64,000 bases of DNA from Christensenellaceae bacterium (GTDB lineage: Bacteria > Bacillota > Clostridia > Christensenellales > CAG-138): contig JAISKB010000015.1 in the NCBI GenBank assembly GCA_031261085.1, forward strand, positions 62 to 64,061, written 5' to 3'. The notes under the pieces are model-generated. The model saw only the letters and a program-made list of their open reading frames with translations. It searched no databases and was not told the DNA's origin. A program made the position numbers and the translations under genes. Shown here in pieces: positions 17,073 through 26,871 of the stretch. Each line of letters begins with the position of its first letter. Positions within the stretch are counted from its first letter, which is position 1.

Positions 17073-17164
17073 GGCAAATCCTCCTCATATGTGTTTATCC
17101 CGACTTGGTTAAGCTGACGTTCAATTTCAACGCCAATGTTCGGCAATTTCGACAGTTCACCCAT
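17069..17164 (-). pseudogene. Truncated TfoX/Sxy C-terminal-domain remnant (31 codons)
   Basis: MGELSKLPNIGVEIERQLNQVGINTYEEDLP* follows GGAGG. It matches only the first helix-hairpin-helix of TfoX_C, which is normally about 80 aa. Its stop overlaps the CMD start as GTGA. It is not in the ORF track because it is under 60 aa. Confidence 0.45.
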
Positions 17165-17190
17165 CCTATCACCTCCTTGTTATGCTGTGT

Positions 17191-18120
17191 TTATACAAAT
17201 TGAACGATATAATCATGCAAATTGTCGTATGCGATGCGCTCTATTTCTTGTTCGGCAAAGCCGGCCTCGCGCAGCGCAAGCAGCAGATTGGGCAGCTGCG
17301 CTTGATTTTTGATATCCGCAGGGTAGTCGTACATGCCGTCAAAGTCAGAGCCCAGCGCCACATGCTCCACCCCGCCCAGGTCGGCAATATAGGCGATGTG
17401 CCTGGCAATATCCGCCGTGGAGCTCTCGCCGCGCGCGCATAGCTGCGGCGGGTAAAAATTGACGCAAATCACGCCCCCGCCCCCCGCGATGGCCTTGATA
17501 TGCCTATCGCACAGGGAGCGGCGGTGCGGACAAACCGCCCGCGCGTTGGTATGCGAGGTGAATAGGGGCCTGCCCAAATCCAGCGCCTCATCTATGCCGG
17601 CATCGCTCAAATGCGCCACATCCAGCGCCATGCCGATGCGCGCCATCTCCCGCGCCACGCGCCGCCCCAGCGGGGTGAGCCCCCTGTTGATGCGCCGCGT
17701 GGCCGGCGACGCCAGCTCATTGCTTTGGTTCCAGGTGAGCGTCATGGCGCGCACGCCCAAATGGTAAAAATCCCGCAGCAGCTCCAGGCTGCCGTCTATC
17801 GCCTCGCCGCCCTCCAGCGTGAGCACCGTGGCCACCTGCCCCTGCCCCGGCGTGAATGTAGGCGACAGCGGCACGAGCGCGCCCTCGCTTTGCTCCAGCA
17901 TATGGTAATAGTCATCCGTCAGCTGCATCGCCTGCAGGCGCGGCGCGATATCCGCATCCACATCCACCCACGCGGCAAAAAACTGCAGCGCTACGCCGCC
18001 CTGCCGCATATATGGCAACGCTACCGCCTGGCGCGCACCGGGTGCGAGTATGCTCCAATGCGCGTGATGCATGTAGTATAAAAAATCGCAATGCGCATCC
18101 GCAATGGGTATGGGGGTCAT
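17191..18120 (-). CDS. Membrane (renal-type) dipeptidase, peptidase M19 family
   Basis: IADAHCDFLYY at the N-terminus, plus LTWNQSNELA and DVAHLSD motifs. Confidence 0.85.
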   Translation of the reverse strand: MTPIPIADAHCDFLYYMHHAHWSILAPGARQAVALPYMRQGGVALQFFAAWVDVDADIAPRLQAMQLTDDYYHMLEQSEGALVPLSPTFTPGQGQVATVLTLEGGEAIDGSLELLRDFYHLGVRAMTLTWNQSNELASPATRRINRGLTPLGRRVAREMARIGMALDVAHLSDAGIDEALDLGRPLFTSHTNARAVCPHRRSLCDRHIKAIAGGGGVICVNFYPPQLCARGESSTADIARHIAYIADLGGVEHVALGSDFDGMYDYPADIKNQAQLPNLLLALREAGFAEQEIERIAYDNLHDYIVQFV

Positions 18121-18183
18121 AGTCCTCCTAAAAATTGAAGGACATGCGCCCGCATATCCTTCAATGATGATGTTGCTGTTGTT

Positions 18184-19737
18184 TTATTTTGCAAACTCCA
18201 CGGCGCGCGTTTCGCGTATGACGTTCACCTTGATTTGCCCCGGATATTCCATCTCGGTTTCAATGCGCTTTACGATGTCTTTGGCCATGATGATGGTATC
18301 CGCATCGTTGACGTTTTCGGGCTTCACCATGATGCGCACCTCGCGGCCCGCCTGTATGGCGAAGGATTTATCGACGCCCTCGAAGGAGTTGGCAATCTCC
18401 TCCAGCTTCTCCAAGCGCTTGATGTAGTTTTCGAGCGTTTCGCGGCGTGCGCCGGGCCGCGCCGCGGATATCGCATCCGCCGCCTGCACCAGCACAGCTT
18501 CCACCGTGTTAGGGTCTACATCGCCATGGTGCGCTTGTATCGCATGGATGACCTGGTTGTTTTCGCGGTATTTCTTGGCCAAGTCCGCGCCGATTTGCGC
18601 GTGGGGGCCTTCCACCTCGTGATCTACCGCCTTGCCAAGGTCGTGCAGCAGGCCGGCGCGCTTGGCCAGCGCGATGTTGGCGCCGATTTCGGAGGCCATA
18701 ATGCCCGCCAAATGCGCAACCTCGATGGAATGCTTGAGCACGTTTTGGCCATAGCTCGTGCGGTAGCGCAGCCGGCCCAAAAGTTTGACCATCTCGTGAT
18801 GCAGGCCGTGTATGCCCACCTCGAATATCGCCTGCTCGCCCGCCTCGCGGATTTGCGTATCCACCTCTTTGCGCGCCTTCTCCACCATTTCTTCGATGCG
18901 CGCGGGGTGTATGCGGCCATCCAAAATCAGCTTTTCGAGCGCGATGCGCGCGGTTTCGCGGCGTACCGGGTCGAAGCCCGAAAGTATCACCGCCTCCGGC
19001 GTGTCGTCGATGATTAAATCGACGCCTGTCGCCGTTTCGAGCGTGCGGATATTGCGTCCCTCGCGGCCTATGATGCGGCCCTTCATTTCGTCGTTGGGCA
19101 GCGGCACAACCGACACGGTGGTTTCGGCCACATGATCGGTCGCGCAGCGCTGTACCGCCAGCGAGATGATGTTGCGCGCGCGTTTTTCGGCTTCTTCTTT
19201 TGTTTTGGCTTCAATATCGCGCAGCATGAGCGCCGCGTCGTGCCGCGCCTCACGCTCCACATTGCCCAAAAGTATCTCCTTCGCCTCGTCCATAGACAAA
19301 CCGGAGATGGTTTCGAGCTCTTGCAGCTGCTTATCGTGCAGCTCCTTTGCGGTGGCTTCGATTTTATCGGCCTCTTTCAGCCTATCGGTCAGCAGCATTT
19401 CGCGCTGCTCCAAGCCGTCTAATTTTTTATCAAGCGTTTCCTCGCGCTGTGCAATACGGCGTTCGGAACGCTGCAACTCATTGCGCCTTTCGCGCAAATC
19501 TCTTTCGCTTTCGCTCTTGATCTTATAAGCCTCTTCTTTGGCTTCAAGAATGGTTTCTTTTTTGATTGTTTCAGCGCGTTTTTGCGCATCCTCAATCATT
19601 TTTTTAACGGCGTCCTCCGCTTTGGCCACCTTGGCCTCCGCGATGTTGCGCCGGTATGTATAACCACCCAGACATCCTCCAGCTAAGCAAATAACCCCGA
19701 TTATAATCGGGAGCAATACTGCGCCCACCTGTATCAA
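18184..19737 (-). CDS. rny: Ribonuclease Y
   Basis: N-terminal TM helix, a long coiled coil, a KH domain ([12 protein letters not shown]), and an HD domain ([10 protein letters not shown]...LLHDLGK). Confidence 0.95.
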   Translation of the reverse strand: MIQVGAVLLPIIIGVICLAGGCLGGYTYRRNIAEAKVAKAEDAVKKMIEDAQKRAETIKKETILEAKEEAYKIKSESERDLRERRNELQRSERRIAQREETLDKKLDGLEQREMLLTDRLKEADKIEATAKELHDKQLQELETISGLSMDEAKEILLGNVEREARHDAALMLRDIEAKTKEEAEKRARNIISLAVQRCATDHVAETTVSVVPLPNDEMKGRIIGREGRNIRTLETATGVDLIIDDTPEAVILSGFDPVRRETARIALEKLILDGRIHPARIEEMVEKARKEVDTQIREAGEQAIFEVGIHGLHHEMVKLLGRLRYRTSYGQNVLKHSIEVAHLAGIMASEIGANIALAKRAGLLHDLGKAVDHEVEGPHAQIGADLAKKYRENNQVIHAIQAHHGDVDPNTVEAVLVQAADAISAARPGARRETLENYIKRLEKLEEIANSFEGVDKSFAIQAGREVRIMVKPENVNDADTIIMAKDIVKRIETEMEYPGQIKVNVIRETRAVEFAK

Positions 19738-19970
19738 GCACCTCCAACATATATTTATAGATGACCGAGTCTATGTTATTCAGCATGTATGGACAAACTT
19801 CCACAAAAAATTTTTATGAAATTACATACCGATATAATTACTCTTTTACGATTTTACCCTTTTATGTAAGAAAAGTCAATGATACGTTTTACGCAGCAGT
19901 GACTTTTATTAAATGTGGGTGTTAAAATATTTACACGCGGTAAAAAAGGGTTTTAAACGCCGGTCGGCGG

Positions 19971-20996
19971 CTATTCCTCTTGCGCCTCGGGCTGCTGCAC
20001 GCTCTTGAGGCTTTCCTCCAATTCTTTGCGGAGCTGCGCCTCGACCTGCGTGCAAAGCTCATGGTTATCCTTTAAGAACAGGCGCGCGTTATCGCGGCCC
20101 TGTGCCATGCGCATATCGCCATACGAATACCATGCCCCGGTTTTTGTGATGACCTTGCGGTCTATCGCCATATCGAGTATGCAGCCCTCGTTGGATATGC
20201 CCTCGCCGTAGATGATATCGCATTCCGCCGACTTAAACGGCGGAGCGACCTTGTTTTTAACCACCTTGATGCGCGTGCGGTTGCCCACGATATCGGCGCC
20301 GTTTTTAATGGTGTCGATCTTGCGCACATCCAGCCGGATGGAGGCATAAAACTTGAGCGCCTTGCCGCCGGTGGTGGTTTCGGGGTTGCCGAACATGACG
20401 CCCAGCTTTTCGCGCAATTGGTTGATGAACACGACAATCGTGTTGGATTTGCTGATGATGCCGGCCAGCTTGCGCAGCGCCTGGGACATGAGCCGCGCCT
20501 GAAGCCCCATATGGGAATCCCCCATGTCACCCTCAATTTCGGCCTTGGGCACCAGCGCCGCTACCGAGTCGATAACCACAACATCCATCGCGCCGCTGCG
20601 CACCAGCGCCTCGGTTATCTCCAGCGCCTGCTCGCCGGTATCCGGCTGCGAAATATACAGCTCATCTACGTTTACGCCCAGGTTTTGCGCATAAACAGGG
20701 TCCAGCGCGTGCTCCGCATCGATAAACGCGGCGGTACCGCCCAGCTTTTGCGCCTCGGCTATGATGTGCAGCGCAATGGTCGTTTTACCCGAGGATTCCG
20801 GCCCATATACCTCTAATATCCGGCCGCGCGGTATGCCGCCCACGCCCAGCGCAAAATCCAGCGCGATACAGCCCGAGGGTATGGTGGATACGGTTATTTT
20901 GGCGGCGGCGTCCCCCAGCTTCATCACCGCGCCCTTGCCGAATTGCTTTTCGATTTGGCTCAGCGCCATCTCCAACGCTTTTTCTTTTTCGATCAT
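19971..20996 (-). CDS. recA: Recombinase RecA
   Basis: [13 protein letters not shown], Walker [19 protein letters not shown] and FINQLREK. Confidence 0.97.
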   Translation of the reverse strand: MIEKEKALEMALSQIEKQFGKGAVMKLGDAAAKITVSTIPSGCIALDFALGVGGIPRGRILEVYGPESSGKTTIALHIIAEAQKLGGTAAFIDAEHALDPVYAQNLGVNVDELYISQPDTGEQALEITEALVRSGAMDVVVIDSVAALVPKAEIEGDMGDSHMGLQARLMSQALRKLAGIISKSNTIVVFINQLREKLGVMFGNPETTTGGKALKFYASIRLDVRKIDTIKNGADIVGNRTRIKVVKNKVAPPFKSAECDIIYGEGISNEGCILDMAIDRKVITKTGAWYSYGDMRMAQGRDNARLFLKDNHELCTQVEAQLRKELEESLKSVQQPEAQEE

Positions 20997-21043
20997 ATAA
21001 GGCTCCTTTATGCGACCTGCGCTCCATCATCTTACTTGTATGT

Positions 21044-21052
21044 ATTGTAGCA
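21044..21052 (-). promoter_or_regulatory. Extended -10 element (TGCTACAAT) upstream of recA
   Basis: The minus strand reads TGC-TACAAT, 48-53 nt upstream of the recA ATG. There is no convincing -35 and no Cheo box nearby. Confidence 0.4.
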
Positions 21053-21079
21053 TCTGCAGGGCGGGATTGCACCAAGAAT

Positions 21080-22306
21080 TTACAAAAACCGCCGCAGCAT
21101 ATCCAGCGCGTGCAGCACGGCGGTATCGCGCACCCGCGCCCTATCCCCCGTAAGGTGCAATTCGAGCGCTTGCACCCCGCCCGCGTGCGCCAGCGCCACA
21201 TACACCAGCCCCACCGGCTTTTGTTCGGTGCCGCCGCCCGGCCCGGCTATACCGGTGGTAGCCAGCGCCACATCCGCGCCGGAACCAGCCAGCATCCCCG
21301 CCGCCATCTCCCTGGCGGTTTGCTCGCTGACCGCGCCAAAGCGCGCCAAGGTTTCTTCCTGCACGCCAAGGCGGCACACCTTGGAAGCGTTGGAATAGCT
21401 TACGCAGCCTTCAAGCAGCCATTGCGAGCTCCCCGGCACCGATACCAGCGTGGAAGCCAAAAGGCCGCCGGTACAGCTTTCGGCCACGGCCAGGGTTTTG
21501 CCGCTTTTTAGCAGCTTTTGCGCGCACACCTCGTGCAGCGCTTCGCCCCGCGTGGAATATACCACCTGCCCCAGCCTATCGCAAATGGCATCGATAACGG
21601 GCTGCATCAGCGCTCCCCCTTCTGCATCGCTCTCGCAGCGGGCCGTCACGCGCAGGGTGGTTTCCCCAGTGAGCGCATAGGGCGCGATGGTCGGGTTGGT
21701 TTGCGCATCGATTATATCCTTTAAGTTCGCCTCCACGGCGGATTCTCCCATGCCGAATATGCGCAGCGTTCTGGAATAGAGCTTGGTATTGCTCCGCTTT
21801 AGCAGGTAAGGCATTACCGAGGCGTTGAACATAGGCTCCATTTCGCGGGGCGGCCCCGGCAAAAGTATAATGGCCTTTGCGCCCTGCTCCATAATACAGC
21901 CCGGCGCCGTGCCGTTGGGGTTGGGCAGCACGATGGCGTCCGCCGGGAAGTACACCTGCTTTATGTTGTTGGGCGTCATCTCGCGCCCCATGGCTTTAAA
22001 GCGGGATACCAAGGCCTCGTAGCTGGGCTGATGCAGCTCCAGCGTTTTGCCCAAAGCCTCCGCCGCGGTCTCCTTGGTGAGATCATCCTGCGTGGGGCCC
22101 AAACCGCCGGTCAACAGTACGATATCCGCATGGGCCAGCGCCGATTCTATCGCCTCGCGCAGCCTGGCGTGGTTATCGCCCACGGTGGTGCGCAGGTATT
22201 GGTTTATGCCCGCTTCGGTCAGCCGCCGCGAGATATATTGCGCGTTGGTATCCAATATTTGCCCCATGAGCAGCTCTGTGCCCACCGAAATAATCCGCGC
22301 TATCAT
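21080..22306 (-). CDS. cinA: Competence/damage-inducible protein CinA (MoCF-binding domain plus PncC nicotinamide-nucleotide amidase domain)
   Basis: ISVGTELLMGQILDTNAQYI at the N-terminus, a C-terminal AESCTGGL motif, and the classical cinA-recA linkage. Confidence 0.92.
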   Translation of the reverse strand: MIARIISVGTELLMGQILDTNAQYISRRLTEAGINQYLRTTVGDNHARLREAIESALAHADIVLLTGGLGPTQDDLTKETAAEALGKTLELHQPSYEALVSRFKAMGREMTPNNIKQVYFPADAIVLPNPNGTAPGCIMEQGAKAIILLPGPPREMEPMFNASVMPYLLKRSNTKLYSRTLRIFGMGESAVEANLKDIIDAQTNPTIAPYALTGETTLRVTARCESDAEGGALMQPVIDAICDRLGQVVYSTRGEALHEVCAQKLLKSGKTLAVAESCTGGLLASTLVSVPGSSQWLLEGCVSYSNASKVCRLGVQEETLARFGAVSEQTAREMAAGMLAGSGADVALATTGIAGPGGGTEQKPVGLVYVALAHAGGVQALELHLTGDRARVRDTAVLHALDMLRRFL

Positions 22307-22325
22307 GCTCCCTCTCCCCCCACAC

Positions 22326-22880
22326 TTACTGCCAGTTGATGGAGTGCAGGTTCTTTTTTATGTAGTCTGCCGCTGAAACCACCGTGAGCAGCACCGATAT
22401 CCATACCGCGACGCTGTCGAGCGGGAAACCGCACAGCCGCAAAATCAAGTCGTGCAGCAGGGTGAGCGTGATGGCCACAAATTGGGATATCGTCTTGAGC
22501 TTGCCTAAAGAGCTGGCGGCAATCACCACGCCGCTGCCCGCCGACACCAGCCGAAACCCGCTTATAAAAAATTCCCGCGCGACGATGATGATGGCCGCAA
22601 CAGGGTGCAGCAGGCCCACCGCCGCCAGCATAATCAGCGCGCTGGCCGAAAGCAGCTTATCGGCTATCGGGTCCATCAATTTGCCAAAATCCGTTACCAA
22701 ATTGCGCGCGCGTGCGATTTTGCCATCCAGCACATCGGTCGCATAGGCCAAAACGAATATGCCCGCCGCGATATAGCTCCAATATGGCACCTTTAAGTAG
22801 AAACAGCCTATAAATAGCGGCACCATCAAAACGCGAAGCAACGTTAGCTTGTTTGGCAAATTCATCGTTTGTAAGCTCAT
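22326..22880 (-). CDS. pgsA: CDP-diacylglycerol--glycerol-3-phosphate 3-phosphatidyltransferase
   Basis: NKLTLLRV...TDVLDGKIAR...FGKLMDPIADK is the CDP-alcohol phosphatidyltransferase motif. The ATG at 22880 overlaps the rimO stop as ATGA. Confidence 0.9.
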   Translation of the reverse strand: MSLQTMNLPNKLTLLRVLMVPLFIGCFYLKVPYWSYIAAGIFVLAYATDVLDGKIARARNLVTDFGKLMDPIADKLLSASALIMLAAVGLLHPVAAIIIVAREFFISGFRLVSAGSGVVIAASSLGKLKTISQFVAITLTLLHDLILRLCGFPLDSVAVWISVLLTVVSAADYIKKNLHSINWQ

Positions 22881-24169
22881 AGTTCTTCTCCCCACAAATC
22901 ATAATGGTCGGCGCCGGTAATGCGCACCATGGTAAACGTTCCAACCTGGCCGGGCTGCGCTTGTCTGCGCGCAAAGCGGATGCTGCCATCCACCTCCGGC
23001 GCTTCGGCATAGGAGCGGCCCTGCGCGCGGGCGCCCTGCACGCCCTCCACCAGCACCTCGTAGGTTTTCCCAATGCGGCGCTCGTTGCTTTTTAGCGATG
23101 CCTCCCGCTGCGCGCGCATGATGGCGTCGAGCCGGCGCTGCTTTATAGCTTCTTCCACCTGATCGGGCAAAGCCGCCGCGGGCGTATTCTCCTCTTGCGA
23201 GTACGCAAACGCGCCCAGCCTGTCGAAGGGCTGCGTTTGCAAAAATTCGTACAGTTGGCCGAATTCCTCTTCGGTCTCCCCCGGGAAGCCGGTTATTACA
23301 GTGGAGCGCAGTATAAAGCCCTCCTTCCGCGCACGGATATACCCGACGATATCGCGTATGTGCTGCGCGGCGCCGTGGCGATTCATGCGGCGCAGTACCG
23401 TGGACGCGATGTGCTGTATGGGCATGTCGATATAGTTCACCAGCTTGGGCTCACGCAAGATCGTATCGATCAGCGCTTCATCTACCGTGTTGGGGTAGGT
23501 ATACAGCACGCGTATCCAATGCAAGCCCTCTACACCGCAAAGCCGCGTGAGCAGCTCGGCCAGCATGGGCTTGCCGTATAGATCCAGCCCATAAGCCGAG
23601 GTATCCTGCGCGATGACCGTAAGCTCCTTTACCCCCTGCAAAGCCAGGCGCTCGGCCTCGGCCACCAGCTGCTCCATCGGCGTGCTCTTGCGCCCCCCGC
23701 GAATGAGGGGTATGGCGCAATAGGTGCAGCGGTTGTCGCAGCCATCGGCAATGCGCAAATACGCCATATAGCCCGGCGTAGAGAGCACGCGCGGCGCGCA
23801 GCCGCTCTGCTGTTGTATGCCCAAAATTTGGCATATGCGGGCCGCCAAGCCCTCCGGGTTCTTCACGCCCCAAATTAGGCCCAGCTCCGGCATCTCCTGC
23901 GCGAGCTCCTCGCGGTAGCGCTCGGTAAGGCAGCCGGTACCCACCAGCAGGCGGCATTTGCCGCTCTCTTTATAAGCGGCCATCTCCAGCAGCGTGTTGA
24001 TGGATTCTTCTTTGGCGGGCGCGATAAACCCGCAGGTGTTCACCACGATAACATCGGCCTCTTTGGGCTGAGGCGTGATTTCGAACCCCGCGTTTTGCAG
24101 CGCGGCCAAAATATATTCGCTATCCACCCTGTTTTTGGAGCACCCCAGCGAAACCATGCCTGCCTTCAT
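22877..24169 (-). CDS. rimO: Ribosomal protein S12 methylthiotransferase
   Basis: SLGCSKNRVDSE, a radical-SAM CDNRCTYCAIP motif, and a TRAM domain. Confidence 0.92.
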   Translation of the reverse strand: MKAGMVSLGCSKNRVDSEYILAALQNAGFEITPQPKEADVIVVNTCGFIAPAKEESINTLLEMAAYKESGKCRLLVGTGCLTERYREELAQEMPELGLIWGVKNPEGLAARICQILGIQQQSGCAPRVLSTPGYMAYLRIADGCDNRCTYCAIPLIRGGRKSTPMEQLVAEAERLALQGVKELTVIAQDTSAYGLDLYGKPMLAELLTRLCGVEGLHWIRVLYTYPNTVDEALIDTILREPKLVNYIDMPIQHIASTVLRRMNRHGAAQHIRDIVGYIRARKEGFILRSTVITGFPGETEEEFGQLYEFLQTQPFDRLGAFAYSQEENTPAAALPDQVEEAIKQRRLDAIMRAQREASLKSNERRIGKTYEVLVEGVQGARAQGRSYAEAPEVDGSIRFARRQAQPGQVGTFTMVRITGADHYDLWGEEL

Positions 24170-26640
24170 TCTTCCTCCGCCTCCCCTGCCGTCCCGGGGC
24201 CAAACATTTCGGCATAATCCGCCGCGGTAATCAACAGCCGGCGGGGTTTGCTCCCGTCAAAGCCGCTCACGATTTTCTTTTGTTCCATGATGTCGATGAG
24301 CCGCGCCGCGCGGGCATACCCCACGCGCAGCCTGCGCTGTATCATCGAGATGGAGGCTTGCCCGCTCTCGAGCACGATTTTTACCGCATCGGGCAGCAGG
24401 TCATCCTCCTGCTTGCCATTGCCCTGCGCCATGCCCCCGTTTTCGCCCGCTATTTCGATGCTCTCAAGCGTTACCTCGGCATATTGCTCCACCGGCTCCA
24501 CGTTGTGCGCCTCGAAGAATCCCATCACGCGCTCCACCTCTTCATCGCTCACGAAAGCGGCTTGCGCGCGGATGGGCTTGTTTGCCCCATTGGCGTGGAA
24601 CAACATATCGCCCCGGCCCAGCAGTTTTTCGGCGCCGCCGCAATCCATTATCACGCGGGAATCCACCGCGGAGGATACGGTGAGCGCGATGCGGCTGGGT
24701 ATGTTGGCCTTGATAAGCCCGGTGATAATATCGGTGGAAGGGCGCTGCGTCGCTACGATAAGGTGTATGCCCGCGGCGCGCCCCAGCTGCGCGATGCGGC
24801 AGATGGCGTCCTCCACATCCTTTGCGGCCACCATCATCAAATCGGCCAGCTCATCTATGATGATGACCAGCCTGGGCAGCTGCTCGGCCATGTCGCTTTG
24901 GAGGGAATTGAATCGGTTGAGATCCCGCGCGTTGAATTTGGACATCTTTTGGTAGCGCTGCTCCATTTCCATCACGGCCCATTTGAGCGCGCCCGCCGCC
25001 TTTTTCGCATCCGTCACCACCGGCAGCAGCAAATGCGGCAGCGGCGAATATACCTTTAATTCCACTTTTTTGGGGTCTACGAGTATCATGCGCAGCGCAT
25101 GGGGCGCGCTGTGGTACACGAGGCTTAGTATAATATCGTTGATGCACACGCTCTTGCCGCTGCCGGTAGAACCGGCAATGAGCAGGTGCGGCATTTTATC
25201 GAGGTCGGCGCAAACCACCTTGCCCGCAATATCCTTGCCCAGCGCAAACGAAAGCGGGGATTTGGCGGCGGCAAATTCCGCCGATTCAATGGTTTCGCGC
25301 AGCAGCACAGGCTGCACATCTTTATTGGGTATCTCGATGCCGATGGCGGCTTTGCCCGGTATCGGCGCTTCGATGCGCACGCGGGGCGCGGCCAAAGCCA
25401 GCGCGATGTCGTCGGAAAGCGTGGTGATGCGGTTGACCCGCACGCCCTGCGCGGGCTGCAGCTCAAAGCGGGTTATGACCGGCCCCACGGTGATGTTGGT
25501 GATGCGCACGCTGATGTTGAAGCTGGCCAAAGCCTCCACCAGCTGCTTTCCTTTGGCAACGGGGGATTCATTGGAGGAGGTGCGGCTGTACTCCGCTTTT
25601 TTCAGCAAGGAAAACGGCGGCCGCTGATAGGCGAGCGGGTCGGCAAAGGGTTTGGGCGGCGCTTCTATCGTAAGCTCCGCCGGCGCGCGGCGCGCGGCCC
25701 TGCCCGGCTTGAGCGGCGGTTTTTCCTCCTCGGTTATCTCCACTGGCTGGGGCGTTTGCACGCCCAAATCGACGCCGGATAAAATATCGAAGGGGTCGTT
25801 ATCAATATCCTGCTTGAGCGGCAATTCGCCCGAGGAAGGGAAAAAGCTAAGCTCATCCAAGGCGCCGCTCTCCTGCGGGTCGGCCTTTGTGCGCTGCGCT
25901 GCGCGCGGTGTTCTGCGCGGCTTTGTTTGCCCGCTGCGCGGGGTGGTGCGCAGGCTGCCTCGACCGGCGGCTTGGCCGCCCTGCATCAGCTCGGTATAAA
26001 GATCCGGCGCGGTCACATCGACGCGCTCCGCTTTGGCCACGTCAATCCTTTCCGCCACGATTTCGGCCCCGGCCTTCACGGTTTGGCCCACCTTTTCTCC
26101 AGCGGTGCGCAAGGAAATTTGTGTGATGATTAAAAACAATACCAGCAGCGCGGCAATAAAGAAGATATTGGTGCCGACCAGCCCCAAAAACACCAGCGAT
26201 GGGTAAGCCAGCAGCGCGCCCAGCACGCCGCCGCCCTTTTGATAGATGGAACCAAACTGATAAGCGTCTTTATAGTAAGCAAAGGCACGCACATCATCTA
26301 TGCTGCTTCGCGCATTGGCATGGAGCAAGATGAGCAGGCATACCGCGCCTATGGAACAGAGCACAATCGTGGATGTGGGTACCTTGCTGGATGCCGAAAT
26401 GCAGAGTATGCCGAACAGCAGCAGCAACAGGGGCAGCACATATGTGAGCGCGCCGACTACGCCAAAGCTAATTTGAGTAGCGACCCGGCCCACCACGCCC
26501 ACGGCATCCACATAAAAACCGGCCGCAAAAAAAACGCCCAGCGCTATAAAAAGCACGCCGGTTATCTCGCGTTTCACACGGCGTTTTTTCTCTAGTGCGG
26601 CTTGTTGTTCCGCTTTTTTTGTGTTCCGCTTCGCTGCCAT
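24166..26640 (-). CDS. ftsK: DNA translocase FtsK/SpoIIIE
   Basis: N-terminal TM helices, a Pro/basic linker, Walker A GSTGSGKS, and a C-terminal gamma wHTH. ATG 26640 follows GGTGG; the ORF-track start at 26652 is 4 codons upstream. Confidence 0.95.
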   Translation of the reverse strand: MAAKRNTKKAEQQAALEKKRRVKREITGVLFIALGVFFAAGFYVDAVGVVGRVATQISFGVVGALTYVLPLLLLLFGILCISASSKVPTSTIVLCSIGAVCLLILLHANARSSIDDVRAFAYYKDAYQFGSIYQKGGGVLGALLAYPSLVFLGLVGTNIFFIAALLVLFLIITQISLRTAGEKVGQTVKAGAEIVAERIDVAKAERVDVTAPDLYTELMQGGQAAGRGSLRTTPRSGQTKPRRTPRAAQRTKADPQESGALDELSFFPSSGELPLKQDIDNDPFDILSGVDLGVQTPQPVEITEEEKPPLKPGRAARRAPAELTIEAPPKPFADPLAYQRPPFSLLKKAEYSRTSSNESPVAKGKQLVEALASFNISVRITNITVGPVITRFELQPAQGVRVNRITTLSDDIALALAAPRVRIEAPIPGKAAIGIEIPNKDVQPVLLRETIESAEFAAAKSPLSFALGKDIAGKVVCADLDKMPHLLIAGSTGSGKSVCINDIILSLVYHSAPHALRMILVDPKKVELKVYSPLPHLLLPVVTDAKKAAGALKWAVMEMEQRYQKMSKFNARDLNRFNSLQSDMAEQLPRLVIIIDELADLMMVAAKDVEDAICRIAQLGRAAGIHLIVATQRPSTDIITGLIKANIPSRIALTVSSAVDSRVIMDCGGAEKLLGRGDMLFHANGANKPIRAQAAFVSDEEVERVMGFFEAHNVEPVEQYAEVTLESIEIAGENGGMAQGNGKQEDDLLPDAVKIVLESGQASISMIQRRLRVGYARAARLIDIMEQKKIVSGFDGSKPRRLLITAADYAEMFGPGTAGEAEEE

Positions 26641-26820
26641 TTTCCACCTCATTGTTATATATACAAGGTAAAGTATACTATATTTTGTGTGCGTTTAAAA
26701 GAGGGAAAGCTGTGTTTCGTGTTAGGCTTTACCGTCCCCACCCCTAGCCCCCTTACATTAGGAGAGGAATCTTGGGGGAATATTCTCCTCTTGCTAGAGG
26801 CTGCGGTAAAAAACGGGCGC

Positions 26821-26844
26821 AAAAAAGTGGCTTGCGCCACTTTT
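26821..26844 (-). terminator. Bidirectional hairpin terminator after ispH-rpsA
   Basis: AAAAAAGTGGC-TTGC-GCCACTTTT; on the minus strand the stem is followed by TTTTTT. Confidence 0.7.
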
Positions 26845-26871
26845 ATTGTGCTATATTGCAAATGCTTCGGC

